This document shows positions 47,154 to 57,600 of a DNA stretch of 64,000 bases, one piece after another. This DNA is from an uncultured bacterium (GTDB lineage: Bacteria > Omnitrophota > Omnitrophia > Omnitrophales > Aquincolibacteriaceae), in NCBI GenBank assembly GCA_964410905.1, contig CAYPIR010000011.1, forward strand, positions 1,813 to 65,812, given 5' to 3'. Both the position numbers and the translations under genes were made by a program. Numbering within the stretch: position 1 is the stretch's first letter; every line of letters starts with the position of its first letter. Under the pieces are notes generated by a model that ran no database searches, was not told where the DNA came from, and saw only the letters and a list, made by a program, of their open reading frames with translations.

Positions 47154-49280
47154 ATGAGCTGTGATTGTAATAAGAAAATAGATGTGACAGAGATTTTTGG
47201 CTGTCATGTTTTTAACGATAGAACGATGCGCGAAAGGCTTCCAAAAGAAACCTACAAAGCGCTTAAGAAAACTATTCAACAAGGGCTTCCTCTTTCCGCT
47301 GAAGTCGCCAATGTTGTTGCTGACACTATGAAAGATTGGGCTATTGAACGCGGTGCGACACATTACACTCACTGGTTTCAACCTCTCACAAGTAAAACCG
47401 CGGAAAAGCATGATTCCTTTATTTCTCCCACCGATGAAGGCGGAGTTATTATGGAATTTTCCGGGAAACAATTGGCGCAGGGAGAGCCTGACGCGTCATC
47501 ATTCCCCAGCGGCGGACTTCGCTCTATGTTTGAAGCTCGCGGCTATACCGCTTGGGACTGCACGTCTCCGGCATTCCTGAAAGAAGACGGTTCCGGCAAT
47601 GTTACGCTCACTATTCCCACCGCATTTTGCTCATACACGGGCGAAGCGCTTGATAAAAAAACACCGCTTCTTCGCTCCATGGACGCGGTTTCCAAACAAG
47701 CGATGCGTGTTCTTCGCGCGCTCGGCAACAAAAGTGTCACGCGCGTAACATCTACGGTTGGTCCTGAACAAGAATATTTTTTAATCGATAAAAAGTATTA
47801 CGAAAAACGGCTTGATCTTATCGTTGCCGGCAGAACGCTATTTGGCGCGCCGTCTCCAAAAGGTCAAGAGTTAGAAGATCAATATTTCGGAGCTATCAAA
47901 GATCGCATTTCCTCGTTTATGAAAGATCTTGATATAGAGCTCTGGAAGATGGGTATTTCTTCAAAGACAAAACATAACGAAGTCGCTCCCGCGCAATATG
48001 AAATGGCGCCCATTTTTTCGACTACAAACATCGCGGCAGATCATAACCAGCTTATTATGGAAACAATGCAAAAAGTTGCGCTTCGCCATGACCTTGTTTG
48101 TCTATTGCATGAGAAACCCTTCGCCGGCGTAAACGGTTCGGGGAAACACAACAACTGGTCGCTTTCAACTGATGATGGACAGAACCTTTTAGAGCCGGGC
48201 AAAACACCTTCCGATAATGGACAGTTTTTGGTTTTTGTGAGCGCTCTTATCGCGGCGGTTGATAAACACGCGGATAAACTTCGCGCAAGCTGCGGAAATC
48301 CGGGCAATGACCTTCGGCTTGGAGCAAACGAGGCGCCTCCCGCGATTATTTCCATTTTTATGGGGGAAGAATTGACGGATATTTTGGAAGGCATCGCGCA
48401 GGGTAAAAAAGTTTCTTCCAAAGGGCAGAGTTTCTTACAAGTCGGAGCTGACGCTCTTCCTCCGCTTCCTAAAGACAGCACTGACCGCAACCGCACATCG
48501 CCATTCGCGTTTACCGGCAACAAGTTTGAGTTTCGCATGGTTGGCTCTTCCGCTTCCATCTCAGGACCAAATGTTGTAATTAACACCATTGTCGCCGAAG
48601 CTCTCGACGAAATCGCCACGCGTCTTGAAAAAGCTGGAAAGTCGGGCTTGGACAAAGAAGCGACGGCTATTGTCCGCGACGCGATAAAAAAACACGGACG
48701 CGTGATTTTTAACGGGAACAATTATTCTGATGAATGGGTTGCGGAAGCCAAGAAACGTGGTCTCCCAAATATCAAGACGGGAGTTGAAGCGACTAAAGCG
48801 ATGGCAACGCCTGAAGCGGAGAATCTTTTTAGCAAGTATAGAGTGCTAAGCTCTAAGGAACTTCATTCACGTAATGAAATTTACCTAGAGCATTATGTGA
48901 AGCACGTTAACATTGAGGCGCAAGCCGCGGTGCAAATGGTAAAGAGACTTTTTATTCCCGCGGGAATTAAATTCGCGACCAAGCTTGCAAAATCCATCGC
49001 GGCGTTCAAGGCGGTATCTGTTTCCGCGAGCGTTCAAAAGGATTTGCTTGCAACGGTGAACGAGCTTGTCTCATCCGCTGCGAATAATTTGGCGGTGCTT
49101 GAAGCGGCTATTAAAAAAGCGCACAAAATTGCTGATGTTGAAAAACGTGCTGAAGCGTTTCGCGATAAGGTTAATGTGGTGGTTTCTGAGCTGCGTAAGG
49201 ATATTGACGCTCTTGAAGGCATAACGCCGGCAAATATTTGGCCGGTGCCTACATATGCCGATATGCTCTTTAAGTTATAA
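47154..49280 (+). CDS. glnA3: Glutamine synthetase type III (GlnN)
   Basis: 708 aa. SD GGGGGAAGG. GSIII-specific N-terminal domain ([24 protein letters not shown]), catalytic core ([35 protein letters not shown]) and the long C-terminal extension. Confidence 0.85.
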   Translation: MSCDCNKKIDVTEIFGCHVFNDRTMRERLPKETYKALKKTIQQGLPLSAEVANVVADTMKDWAIERGATHYTHWFQPLTSKTAEKHDSFISPTDEGGVIMEFSGKQLAQGEPDASSFPSGGLRSMFEARGYTAWDCTSPAFLKEDGSGNVTLTIPTAFCSYTGEALDKKTPLLRSMDAVSKQAMRVLRALGNKSVTRVTSTVGPEQEYFLIDKKYYEKRLDLIVAGRTLFGAPSPKGQELEDQYFGAIKDRISSFMKDLDIELWKMGISSKTKHNEVAPAQYEMAPIFSTTNIAADHNQLIMETMQKVALRHDLVCLLHEKPFAGVNGSGKHNNWSLSTDDGQNLLEPGKTPSDNGQFLVFVSALIAAVDKHADKLRASCGNPGNDLRLGANEAPPAIISIFMGEELTDILEGIAQGKKVSSKGQSFLQVGADALPPLPKDSTDRNRTSPFAFTGNKFEFRMVGSSASISGPNVVINTIVAEALDEIATRLEKAGKSGLDKEATAIVRDAIKKHGRVIFNGNNYSDEWVAEAKKRGLPNIKTGVEATKAMATPEAENLFSKYRVLSSKELHSRNEIYLEHYVKHVNIEAQAAVQMVKRLFIPAGIKFATKLAKSIAAFKAVSVSASVQKDLLATVNELVSSAANNLAVLEAAIKKAHKIADVEKRAEAFRDKVNVVVSELRKDIDALEGITPANIWPVPTYADMLFKL

Positions 49281-49316
49281 GATAAAACTTAGTATAAAGT
49301 AATTAGAGAGAATTAG

Positions 49317-49356
49317 CCTCGCATTCGGTTTTTGAATGCGGGGCTTTTTGTTTTTG
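49317..49356 (+). terminator. Rho-independent terminator after glnA3
   Basis: 10-bp stem CCTCGCATTC / GAATGCGGGG (one G-U wobble), 7-nt loop, then CTTTTTGTTTTTG. Confidence 0.65.
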
Positions 49357-49550
49357 TCGGAAATTTACTCTATAAATAAAAAACGTCATTAATTCCAAAT
49401 CTTCACAGATTCTCATATGGCATTGTTTGTCATTAATGATGTTTATTTATACACAACGTCATTCTGAACCTGTGTGTAGCCGCCGCGACAATTGTTTCAG
49501 GAGCGATGGCAGAACGCACGAAATTTAGTGCGTATCTCATTTATACAATA

Positions 49551-49582
49551 CTTATTAGCGCGATCACTTATTAGCGCGATCA
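49551..49582. repeat. Perfect tandem duplication of a 16-nt unit (CTTATTAGCGCGATCA x2)
   Basis: Exact adjacent copies at 49551-49566 and 49567-49582, about 190 nt upstream of the porin-like gene. Confidence 0.8.
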
Positions 49583-49774
49583 TTTATCCGGTGGCCGAGA
49601 TTCTCGCGGACAATGTTGAAAAAATGGCAAGAATTGACTATAGAAGGCTTTTGGACGTATTCCGGGGGCTTAAGTCTCCGAAGTCATCAGAAAGCGGTAA
49701 AGTTTCTTGAAAAATGACCGAAACAGTGTAGTATTCACGCAGTTTTTTAAAACAAAAACAAGGGAGATTAGACG

Positions 49775-51073
49775 ATGAAAACACTAGCGAAAGCAATAAG
49801 TGTTATTTGCCTCGGATTGTTTCTTGTTCCCGGCATCACACTTGCTGAAACCAGTGAGGTTGCAGATCTTAAAGCTCAAATCGACAAATTAACCCGCAAA
49901 CTTGAGGCTATGGATTCCAAAGTTGCTTCGTTGCAAAAAACCGCTTCTGCGGCGCAAGCGACGTACATAACTCCGGATGGCGAACCAGCTTCTATCGTTT
50001 CAACCACTCTTGATGGTGTCCGTATTGGCGGTTATGTCGAAACGCAATACAATGAATATCTTGGCCAAACCGGCTCAACAGGCTCTTATGGAATGGGACG
50101 CAATGGGTTTGACACGGCAGATTCGTTTTCTCTCAATGCCGCCAAGATTTATTTAGAAAAACAAGCTAACCCGGACGGCGGAGCTGGTTTCCGTATTGAT
50201 ATGATTGCCGGCACAAACGCTCGTTTTTACAATGCAGAAGAGAACGACGTGAACAACAAAGGCGACACAGACTTTGCTTTTCAACAAGCATATGTTCAAT
50301 ACATCCAACCGCTTTGCGCTTTCAATGACAGCAAATGGCTTCCGCACTCAATCGAGTTTAAAGCCGGTCGTTTTTATTCTCTTGCTGGATTTGAGGTCTT
50401 AGATGGCCCAGACAACTGGAATATCAGCCGCAACATCATTTTCGGTTATATCCCTGTCGCGCATACTGGTGTTCGCGCAACGTATTCGTTGTTCAATGAT
50501 TTCTTAACCGTTACGCATGGCGTGAATAATGGTTGGAATATCAATGTTGACAACAATCGTTTCAAGACAATTGAAAACGCAGTCAGTTTCAAGCCGACCA
50601 AAAACACAACATGGACAACAGCTACTTATTTTGGGCCTGAAACTGCAGGTAAGGATGACAATAAACGTTTCCTTATCACGAATGTTTATCAATGGGATGT
50701 TACTGAGAAATTGTCCTTAGTCGGAGAATTTGATATTGGCAACCAAAACTATAATCGCTATGGTGTCGCTGGTGAAACTGACACACGCCACAGCGCTCAA
50801 TGGTATAGTGTTGTTGGTGCTGCGCGTTATCAAATTAATGACAAATGGGCAGCTGCCTATCGTGCTGAACTTTTCAACGATAGTGATCATTATATGGCAA
50901 CTCAAGCTGGAGATGCTCGCCGTATTATTTCTAACACGGCAACAATCGAATATAAGCCATATGAGAACGTTATCGCACGTGCGGAATATCGTCTTGATCA
51001 CGCAACAAATAAAGACTTGGAAGGCAAGAGAAATCAGAGCACAATCGCAGGACAACTTATTTATCTCTTCTAA
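49775..51073 (+). CDS. Outer-membrane beta-barrel porin (Porin O/P-like) with N-terminal coiled-coil segment
   Basis: Signal peptide (..FLVPGITLA). The heptad-like AEVADLKAQIDKLTRKLEAMDSKVASLQK is followed by GVRIGGYVETQYNEY and alternating amphipathic strands. C-terminal ..AGQLIYLF has a terminal aromatic residue. SD AAGGGAG. Confidence 0.5.
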   Translation: MKTLAKAISVICLGLFLVPGITLAETSEVADLKAQIDKLTRKLEAMDSKVASLQKTASAAQATYITPDGEPASIVSTTLDGVRIGGYVETQYNEYLGQTGSTGSYGMGRNGFDTADSFSLNAAKIYLEKQANPDGGAGFRIDMIAGTNARFYNAEENDVNNKGDTDFAFQQAYVQYIQPLCAFNDSKWLPHSIEFKAGRFYSLAGFEVLDGPDNWNISRNIIFGYIPVAHTGVRATYSLFNDFLTVTHGVNNGWNINVDNNRFKTIENAVSFKPTKNTTWTTATYFGPETAGKDDNKRFLITNVYQWDVTEKLSLVGEFDIGNQNYNRYGVAGETDTRHSAQWYSVVGAARYQINDKWAAAYRAELFNDSDHYMATQAGDARRIISNTATIEYKPYENVIARAEYRLDHATNKDLEGKRNQSTIAGQLIYLF

Positions 51074-51101
51074 TAAGTTTCTTGCTTTTTAGTTTCACAA
51101 A

Positions 51102-51142
51102 AAATCCCGTTTGGGCTAGCGCTCAAGCGGGATTTTTGTTTT
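51102..51142 (+). terminator. Rho-independent terminator after the porin gene
   Basis: Arms AAATCCCG / CGGGATTT enclosing an imperfectly self-paired loop (TTGGGCTAGCGCTCAAG), followed by TTTTGTTTT. Confidence 0.55.
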
Positions 51143-51257
51143 ACTGCCAATGGGTTCCCGCCAAAAGCATTCGAGAATTGTAAAAGTCAGTAATTTTGCA
51201 GACAGACTTGTTGAGGGTTTTTTGTTTTTTTATTATCGCTGGCGAAAGCGAGACAAT

Positions 51258-51445
51258 CTAGTCATTCTGCGCAAATCGTAGCGTAGTTGCAGAATCCAGA
51301 GGAAATTAGCCTTTGGTTGCATTTGTAGAGCAACCACCCGATACGCACGATTAAAGAAATCGTGTCGGATCTTGTAGATCCTGCGACGTTAAAAAGCAAC
51401 CCGCAGGATGATCGAGTATCAAAATCTGTCTACGAGTTATTTGGC
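51258..51445 (+). repeat. Degenerate copy of the dispersed repeat/small-ORF family (frameshifted, in-frame stop) in the leader of the giant gene
   Basis: Blocks GTCATTCTGCGCA (51261-73), TTGCAGAATCCA (51287-98) and CCTGCGACGTTAAAAAGCAAC (51380-51400) match 14342-54, 14368-79 and 14400-21. The encoded peptides SFCANRSVVAESRGN* and DPATLKSNPQDDRVSKSVYEL match SFCTKHSGIAESIGD and EPATLKNNEQDDFRIKSVHEL, but lie in two different frames. Confidence 0.5.
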
Positions 51446-51606
51446 ATGTACAAGAAGGGCAAAGCTTAGTCTACTAATAATCGATAAAAATCTATTTTGG
51501 GCAGATTATTAGTAAATAATCAATTAAAAATTATATTTTTTTCATTTCGCGAGCGATAAATTTAAACATTATTTTTAATGAACCCGTTTCGCGAGAGGAG
51601 AAAAAT

Positions 51607-54600
51607 ATGAAAAAAACATTTTTATTTATAAGGTTAATAGCCGGACTTACCGCTCTAATTTTCTCTTCTGAACAAATAATTTTGGCAAACGGTTCGCTGC
51701 CGTCTTCCGTTTATACTATTTCTAGCAAATCTCCTACTGTTGATTCGACACAAGAGTTGTCTGCAACATTTAACTCGCAAATAAATGACGCAACGACAGA
51801 TTTTTTTGTGACACAAAACTCTCCATTATCAATGTCCGACACTCCGCAAAATGTTTATGGTGAAAACGGAGAGCTGCGGACAGAATCTTTAATCAACAGC
51901 AAAACAATACACCACGTTTATCAAGGCGAGTCCATTCAAAACGCAATAGAAGGAGCGAAGGCGGGAGATACGATTTTTATTCACGTCGGAATTTACAAAG
52001 AGAACTTAGAACTCAAAAATGGAGTTTCAATAAAAGGAGAAGATGCAAACGCGACAATCTTGAACGGTGAAAACAAAACAGGAACACAAATTATACGCGC
52101 GCTTGGCAACAATAGAATTGAAGACATAACCGTTACGGGCGGAGGCGCGTATTCTGGAACGCCTTCAAGCGCTATCAAAGTGGATGGCGACAAGGTTCAA
52201 ATACGAAACAGCATTTTTTCTGACAATAAAGATTACGGGATTTTTGCGGCCTTTGATGGCCACCTGTTAATAGAAGGAAATATTTTTATAAATACACATA
52301 TTGGAGTGCAGCTCCCAAAAGATAAAACACAAATCCGTTATAACACTTTTTACGAATGCGATATCGGCGTAAATGTTTTAAACGGGACAACGCCCGAGAT
52401 TGCGAACAATATTTTTTATGGCAGCAAGAATTCGTCAATTTATGAATTTAATTGGGCAAGTTACGCAAAAGGCGAGGCGAGCCGCGGATTTTTAACGGCA
52501 ATAAATAATACTTTTTGGGCTAACAAAGAAAAACCGAGCGCTTACGGCAGCGCGATGCCTTTTATGGTTGAGCAACAGGCTGAAGGAAATATAAAAGAAA
52601 ACCCGCAATTTTTTGATGCCAGCAACGGAGACTTTAGAAATTTGGAGAGAGAGCGTGGAGCGATTTTGCCGGAAGCGTTAAAAAGGGCGCTTACTCGCGC
52701 GAGTTTGTTTTCTTATGAGGTGAAGATAGAAAATATTTTGGATGAAGGCGCTGTAACCGGATACAAAACGCTTTATAACGACGGCTCGATAGAGAAGTTT
52801 TACAATGACGGACGAGACATTTTGGATACTACGCCGCCGGAGATAAATATAGCCGATGAAATTTGGACGAATCAAACGAGCGGGGAAATTACATATGAAG
52901 TTGATGGCGTTTTGCGAACTCTGGCATTTGAATTTTTTGGGGAGACGGCAAGCATTACTATAGAAGAAACGGATATTTTGGGAAATAAAGCGGCTAAGAC
53001 GATTTTGCTAAAACAAGATTTGATTTTGCCTACGGGAACATTACAGATTGAAAATTTTGTCGGGAAAGCAAATACGCGAGAAGCAGTTATTACAGTCAAC
53101 GCTCAAGACAACGCGGCGCTTAAAGATTTAAGGTTTTCGGCAGACGGAGGAATAACTTGGACGGAATGGACAAGCTGCGGAGTAAAAAAAGGTTTGGATA
53201 TAAATATAGATACGACAGAAATTTTATGTCAGCTGCGAGATCGCGCGGGGAATATAACAACTCTTAGCGCTAACATTCTGAAAGGCGATTTTGCATCGAC
53301 AATCAATTTTATTTCGTCAAATATAACGAATGATGAAAACTATATTTTGCGTTACACAATAGACGGCGAACTTCACGAAGAACATTGGAAATTGAACAGC
53401 GGAGAAAATCGTTTAATTGTTTCTATCGCGCAAGGCGGCTTGGCTGAATATGCCGATTTTGTTGTAACACTCAATGCACCAAGCGATTCGTTTAAAGATA
53501 TACCGCAACCGCTCGGAACAATTCCTAACGACTTAATTTCATACACCGCCGAAGACGGCTCGCTTGTCAGTTACTCGCAAGGGAAACTTTTTTCTATAGA
53601 AATGACGGGTGATTATTGCTTTTATTCGCCGGAGTTTGATGATGACGGAGAACTTGTAAATGGAATAGTTGAATTCGCGAACGGCAGCAGGATTTGTTAT
53701 GAAAATGGGAATGTTATAAGACGTATTGATTCCGATGGCGCGAAGTCCATTTATGACGGCGATAATCATATTGTCAAAAAAATATCTGAAAACGGCGAAG
53801 AAGTTTCTTTTGCGTATAGATTTGACGAGGCGGAAAATGTGTCGGGAATTTTATCTACGAGTAATGGAGCGAGTAATTTTTATGACGAAAATGGTGAAGC
53901 AGTTTGGATAAAAAGGGCGGATAACTCCGAGTGGTTTTATCAAAACGGGCGACCGTATATTTATCAAGATTCATTCGGAAATAAATATAAATATGAAACG
54001 GCGGTTAGCAGAGACGGAATGGACATAACAGGATTTAAAACAAGTCTTACTTATGTTTTGCCGAGCGGACAAGAAACTTGGATTTTGTATTCTGATGTCG
54101 CGGCAAGTTATGACGAATTTGCCGAGATAAAAAATGTTTTTAACGCCGGGCTTCCTAAGGAAATAACTTATGAGTCCGGTGGCGAAGTAAAAGAAATCGT
54201 CTCAACTTCCGGAGCTTTGGTCAATCTTGAAAATGGAATGCTTACTGGTGTTGATGCCGGAGGAAACCAAACTTATACATTTGACGTTGACCGCTTGGGA
54301 AATAATGAAAACTATTTTGTAGTAACGCAAGACGGCGGAGATTTTTCTCAAAAATTTAATGAGAGAGGTGAATTGATAGAAATACAAATGGCGGGCGGAG
54401 AGTCTCTGAAAATTAAGGAATTAAAACTTGACCAAATAATTTTTGAGAATGGGGAATTTTTAAGCGACCTCACGCGGGATGAAAATAACCTTATCGGATT
54501 TGTTTACAATCATTTAGACGGAAGCCGTGATTTTTATCAAGACGGGAAAATAATTAAGCGTGAAGATGCGGACGGTGTTATAACGCGATATGTGTCAGAT

Positions 54601-57600
54601 GCTGCGGCGGCGTTTCCTGAAAGCGTTCTGCTTCCGGACGGCAGAGAATATATTTTAAGCGAGACTATAAATTTAAACGGTGAAATTGAACGGCTTATGA
54701 CGCTTGCGTCTGTTTCGCTTGCGGGAGGTGAACAACTGCAATTCCAAAACGGGAACGCGGCTTGGCTTTCCGCTGTAAAAATAATTTCTTTGAATCCGCA
54801 AGATATTCCAAGTCTTTTGGACAATCAATTCTTTGTCCCTTCAATCAAACTTACAAAAGCTGAACTAAAAAATTTAACAGTTGATGAAAATGGGGATATT
54901 TTTTCCGGCGAAATTTTATTTAGCGACGGGACGCAGTTTTTTATTGAGGAAGGAAAAATTATAAAACAAGCAACGGCGGACGGACATTTAATAGAGCTTG
55001 AAAACACCGCTTTAGAAAATACTCAGCAACAAAAAGAAATATTGGCTGAACCGCTTACGGCGAAAGAATTAGAGTTTCGCAATCAAATTATTGACGCGCA
55101 GCTTGATTATTTTACAGACGGAATTGGAATAGACGCGGCAACGGGTTTGCCGGTCGATTCTTTCGCGATTTCTGCAGGTGAACAGTCGACTTATTCACAA
55201 TCCACGCTCGTTGGGTTTTGGGCAGAAATACTCGCGGCAATCGCCAGAGGAGATTTTCCCACTCAAAAATTATCTCAAGACGAGGCTTTTTCAAAACTAA
55301 ATCAATTGCTTCAAACTTACAAGGAAGCGCAGCGGGACGCGGGCTGGAAAGGAATATTGTCGTTTTTTTCTCGCGGGACAGCCACGAAAGAAATTTTGGA
55401 TGAAGAAACCAATGAGCCGACAGGCGAAATTATTACGACTTATTATTGGAAAAATGAATTTGATCAAGCAGGGCTTGGAGACGCGCTTAATCTCGCGATG
55501 AGTCTCGCGAGCGTTATTGGCGCGTTCGGAAATTTTGATGTCGCGCCGGAGTTTAATAATCAAAAAGATCAGATTTTATCAACCGCACGCGAAATTTTGT
55601 TGGCGCAGGAAGAAGGCTTCTCGGCATTTTACGATGCGGAAAACGACAGATTCTATGGTTCCGTAAAGCTCAATCAAGCGACAGGGAAGTGGGAATTTGA
55701 AAATTATGTGATGGACAGAGTTTTCAATGAGTTTAGATCGGGGCTTATTTATCTTGCCACGAAATATCCACAATACGCTAGCTCCGTTAAAAAATTAGAA
55801 GTGGCGCGGAGTGAATATGAACTTCAAAACGGAGAAAAAATTAATATTGCTCTTACCTATGACGGCGGTGCGTTTCAGATGTTTTGGCCGCTCATTCACG
55901 TGGATGAAACAAAATATCCTCAATTTGATGTCGCGATAAAAAACTTTTTATACGCGCAAGCAGACTTTGCCGCCCACGAAAACATCGCGGGTCTTTTATC
56001 CGCCGGAGCAAATGCTCTTTCCGAATATGAAAGTAAATCAGGGGTTCAAAATACGGCTGAAACCGATGAACGGCTTTTTTCGGATGCCGGTTCGCTTTAC
56101 GGAACCGCGGCTGCGTTCGGCGCGGCTCCGCATTACACGCTTCAATTCCTTAAAAATCTCATAGAGCAATTTCCAGAAATAATGACTTCAGCCGGCTTTG
56201 TGGATTCAATCGGGTTTAAAACCGTATTAAACGAAGATGAACAAACCGGCGAAATTTTTGAGACAACAGAGACGGTGTTTTCTGATAGCTTTTTCGGAGT
56301 AAACCAAGCCGCATTTTTGCTTTCACTTTTAAAAATAGGGCAAACATATTTTAGTAATTATTTGAAAAATGAAGGATTGGAAACGGAGTTTGATACTTTG
56401 TATCAATCTTTCAAATGGGATCTGTCGCCGGTTACTGAAAGCAATTCTACGCCGCCTTTTGGCACGGAGCCGGCAGATTTGCTTTATCAAGGCGATAGCG
56501 AATTTCCGGACGGCAAATTATCGGGGTTAGTTAAACAGCCTTCTTTTATCGCTTCTATTCAAGACACTGATCTTGGTAAAGGGAAAGTCTATAACTATTT
56601 AACGAATGACGGAAGTTTTCATCACTCGGAAATAGAGTTTGGCTCCGACAAAAACATTCTAAAAATGAATTTACAAGAATATTTTTTATCACCGTCGCAT
56701 TCCGGAGTTGCTACATCCATTTTGGACGGGATAGATTTGAATATACTTGATTCATCTATACAAAAAGGAGTTTTTTATACGCCGGGAAATGGCGCCGCCG
56801 GACTTGTTGTGGCAAACGATTCAAAAATCGGAGCGGTAACCAGAATGCCTTTCGATTTTAAAAATGTGGAATATCCCGTCGGCATTTGGGCGAATTTTAA
56901 TGAACGGGATTTTTCCGGTTATGACTTTTTCTCCGTCCCTGTCCGAGTTGATTCCGCGAATGCCGGAAAAGTTAGATTGAAATTCGAGTTCAAAGGAATG
57001 GGCGAAATTTTTATCTCGGATTTTCTCGATACCGATTGGAATTATTTATCACTGCCTATTCCAAAATCCTTTAGCAATTTATCGCAGCTTGCGATTTCTA
57101 TTCAAACGCTTGATGGGGAAGCCGCTTCCGGCGATGTGCTTTTAGGCCCAATATCTGCAATAAAAATTAGAACATCTAACGATATTAATTGGCAAGTGCT
57201 TTTGGGGAAAACTGAATCAGAAATTAAAAATCTTGTATTGCGGGCACTCGTAGAAAATAAAGAACCTGAAACGCAAATAGAGGCGCGTGATATTTTGCGT
57301 AATTTTTCTTTGGACGATAACGGAAGAGTTGTAAACGGTATTTTGGAACTTGCGACGGGCGATAAACAGTATTTTCAAAACGGGCGACTCGTGAAATGGA
57401 TTTTTGCAGATGGGAAAACGATCCTTTTTGAAAATGGGCTTGCAAGTTTTATATTGGATTTGTCGCGCGGCAAGCTTGAGACGGGCAGGTTTTATTACGA
57501 GAGAAATTTCAAAGGAGATATACAGTCTTTTGTTTTGCGCGACAATGATTCTGAACGCGTATTTTCTTTGTCGGGAGAAATGGTTTCTTATTTTAGAGAA

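Noticed and set aside
48041-48721. 226-aa minus-strand ORF, plus several other long antisense ORFs (e.g. 30633-31085, 36492-37043, 24503-24895, 4580-5011)
   Set aside because: Each lies wholly inside a confidently identified plus-strand gene (glnA3, uvrA, rpsR/rplI, the giant OMP, ptsI), with no RBS and no recognisable domain. They are typical spurious antisense frames.
49551-49582. CRISPR array
   Set aside because: Only two 16-nt copies, directly abutting with no spacers. No other short-repeat arrays and no cas genes are present in the window.
51480-51606. Possible sigma-54 promoter TTGGGCAgattatTAGt upstream of the giant gene
   Set aside because: The GG element is present but the -12 GC dinucleotide is replaced by AG at consensus spacing. 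A repeated TTTCGCGAG motif and A/T-rich boxes are present, but I could not support any specific promoter call.
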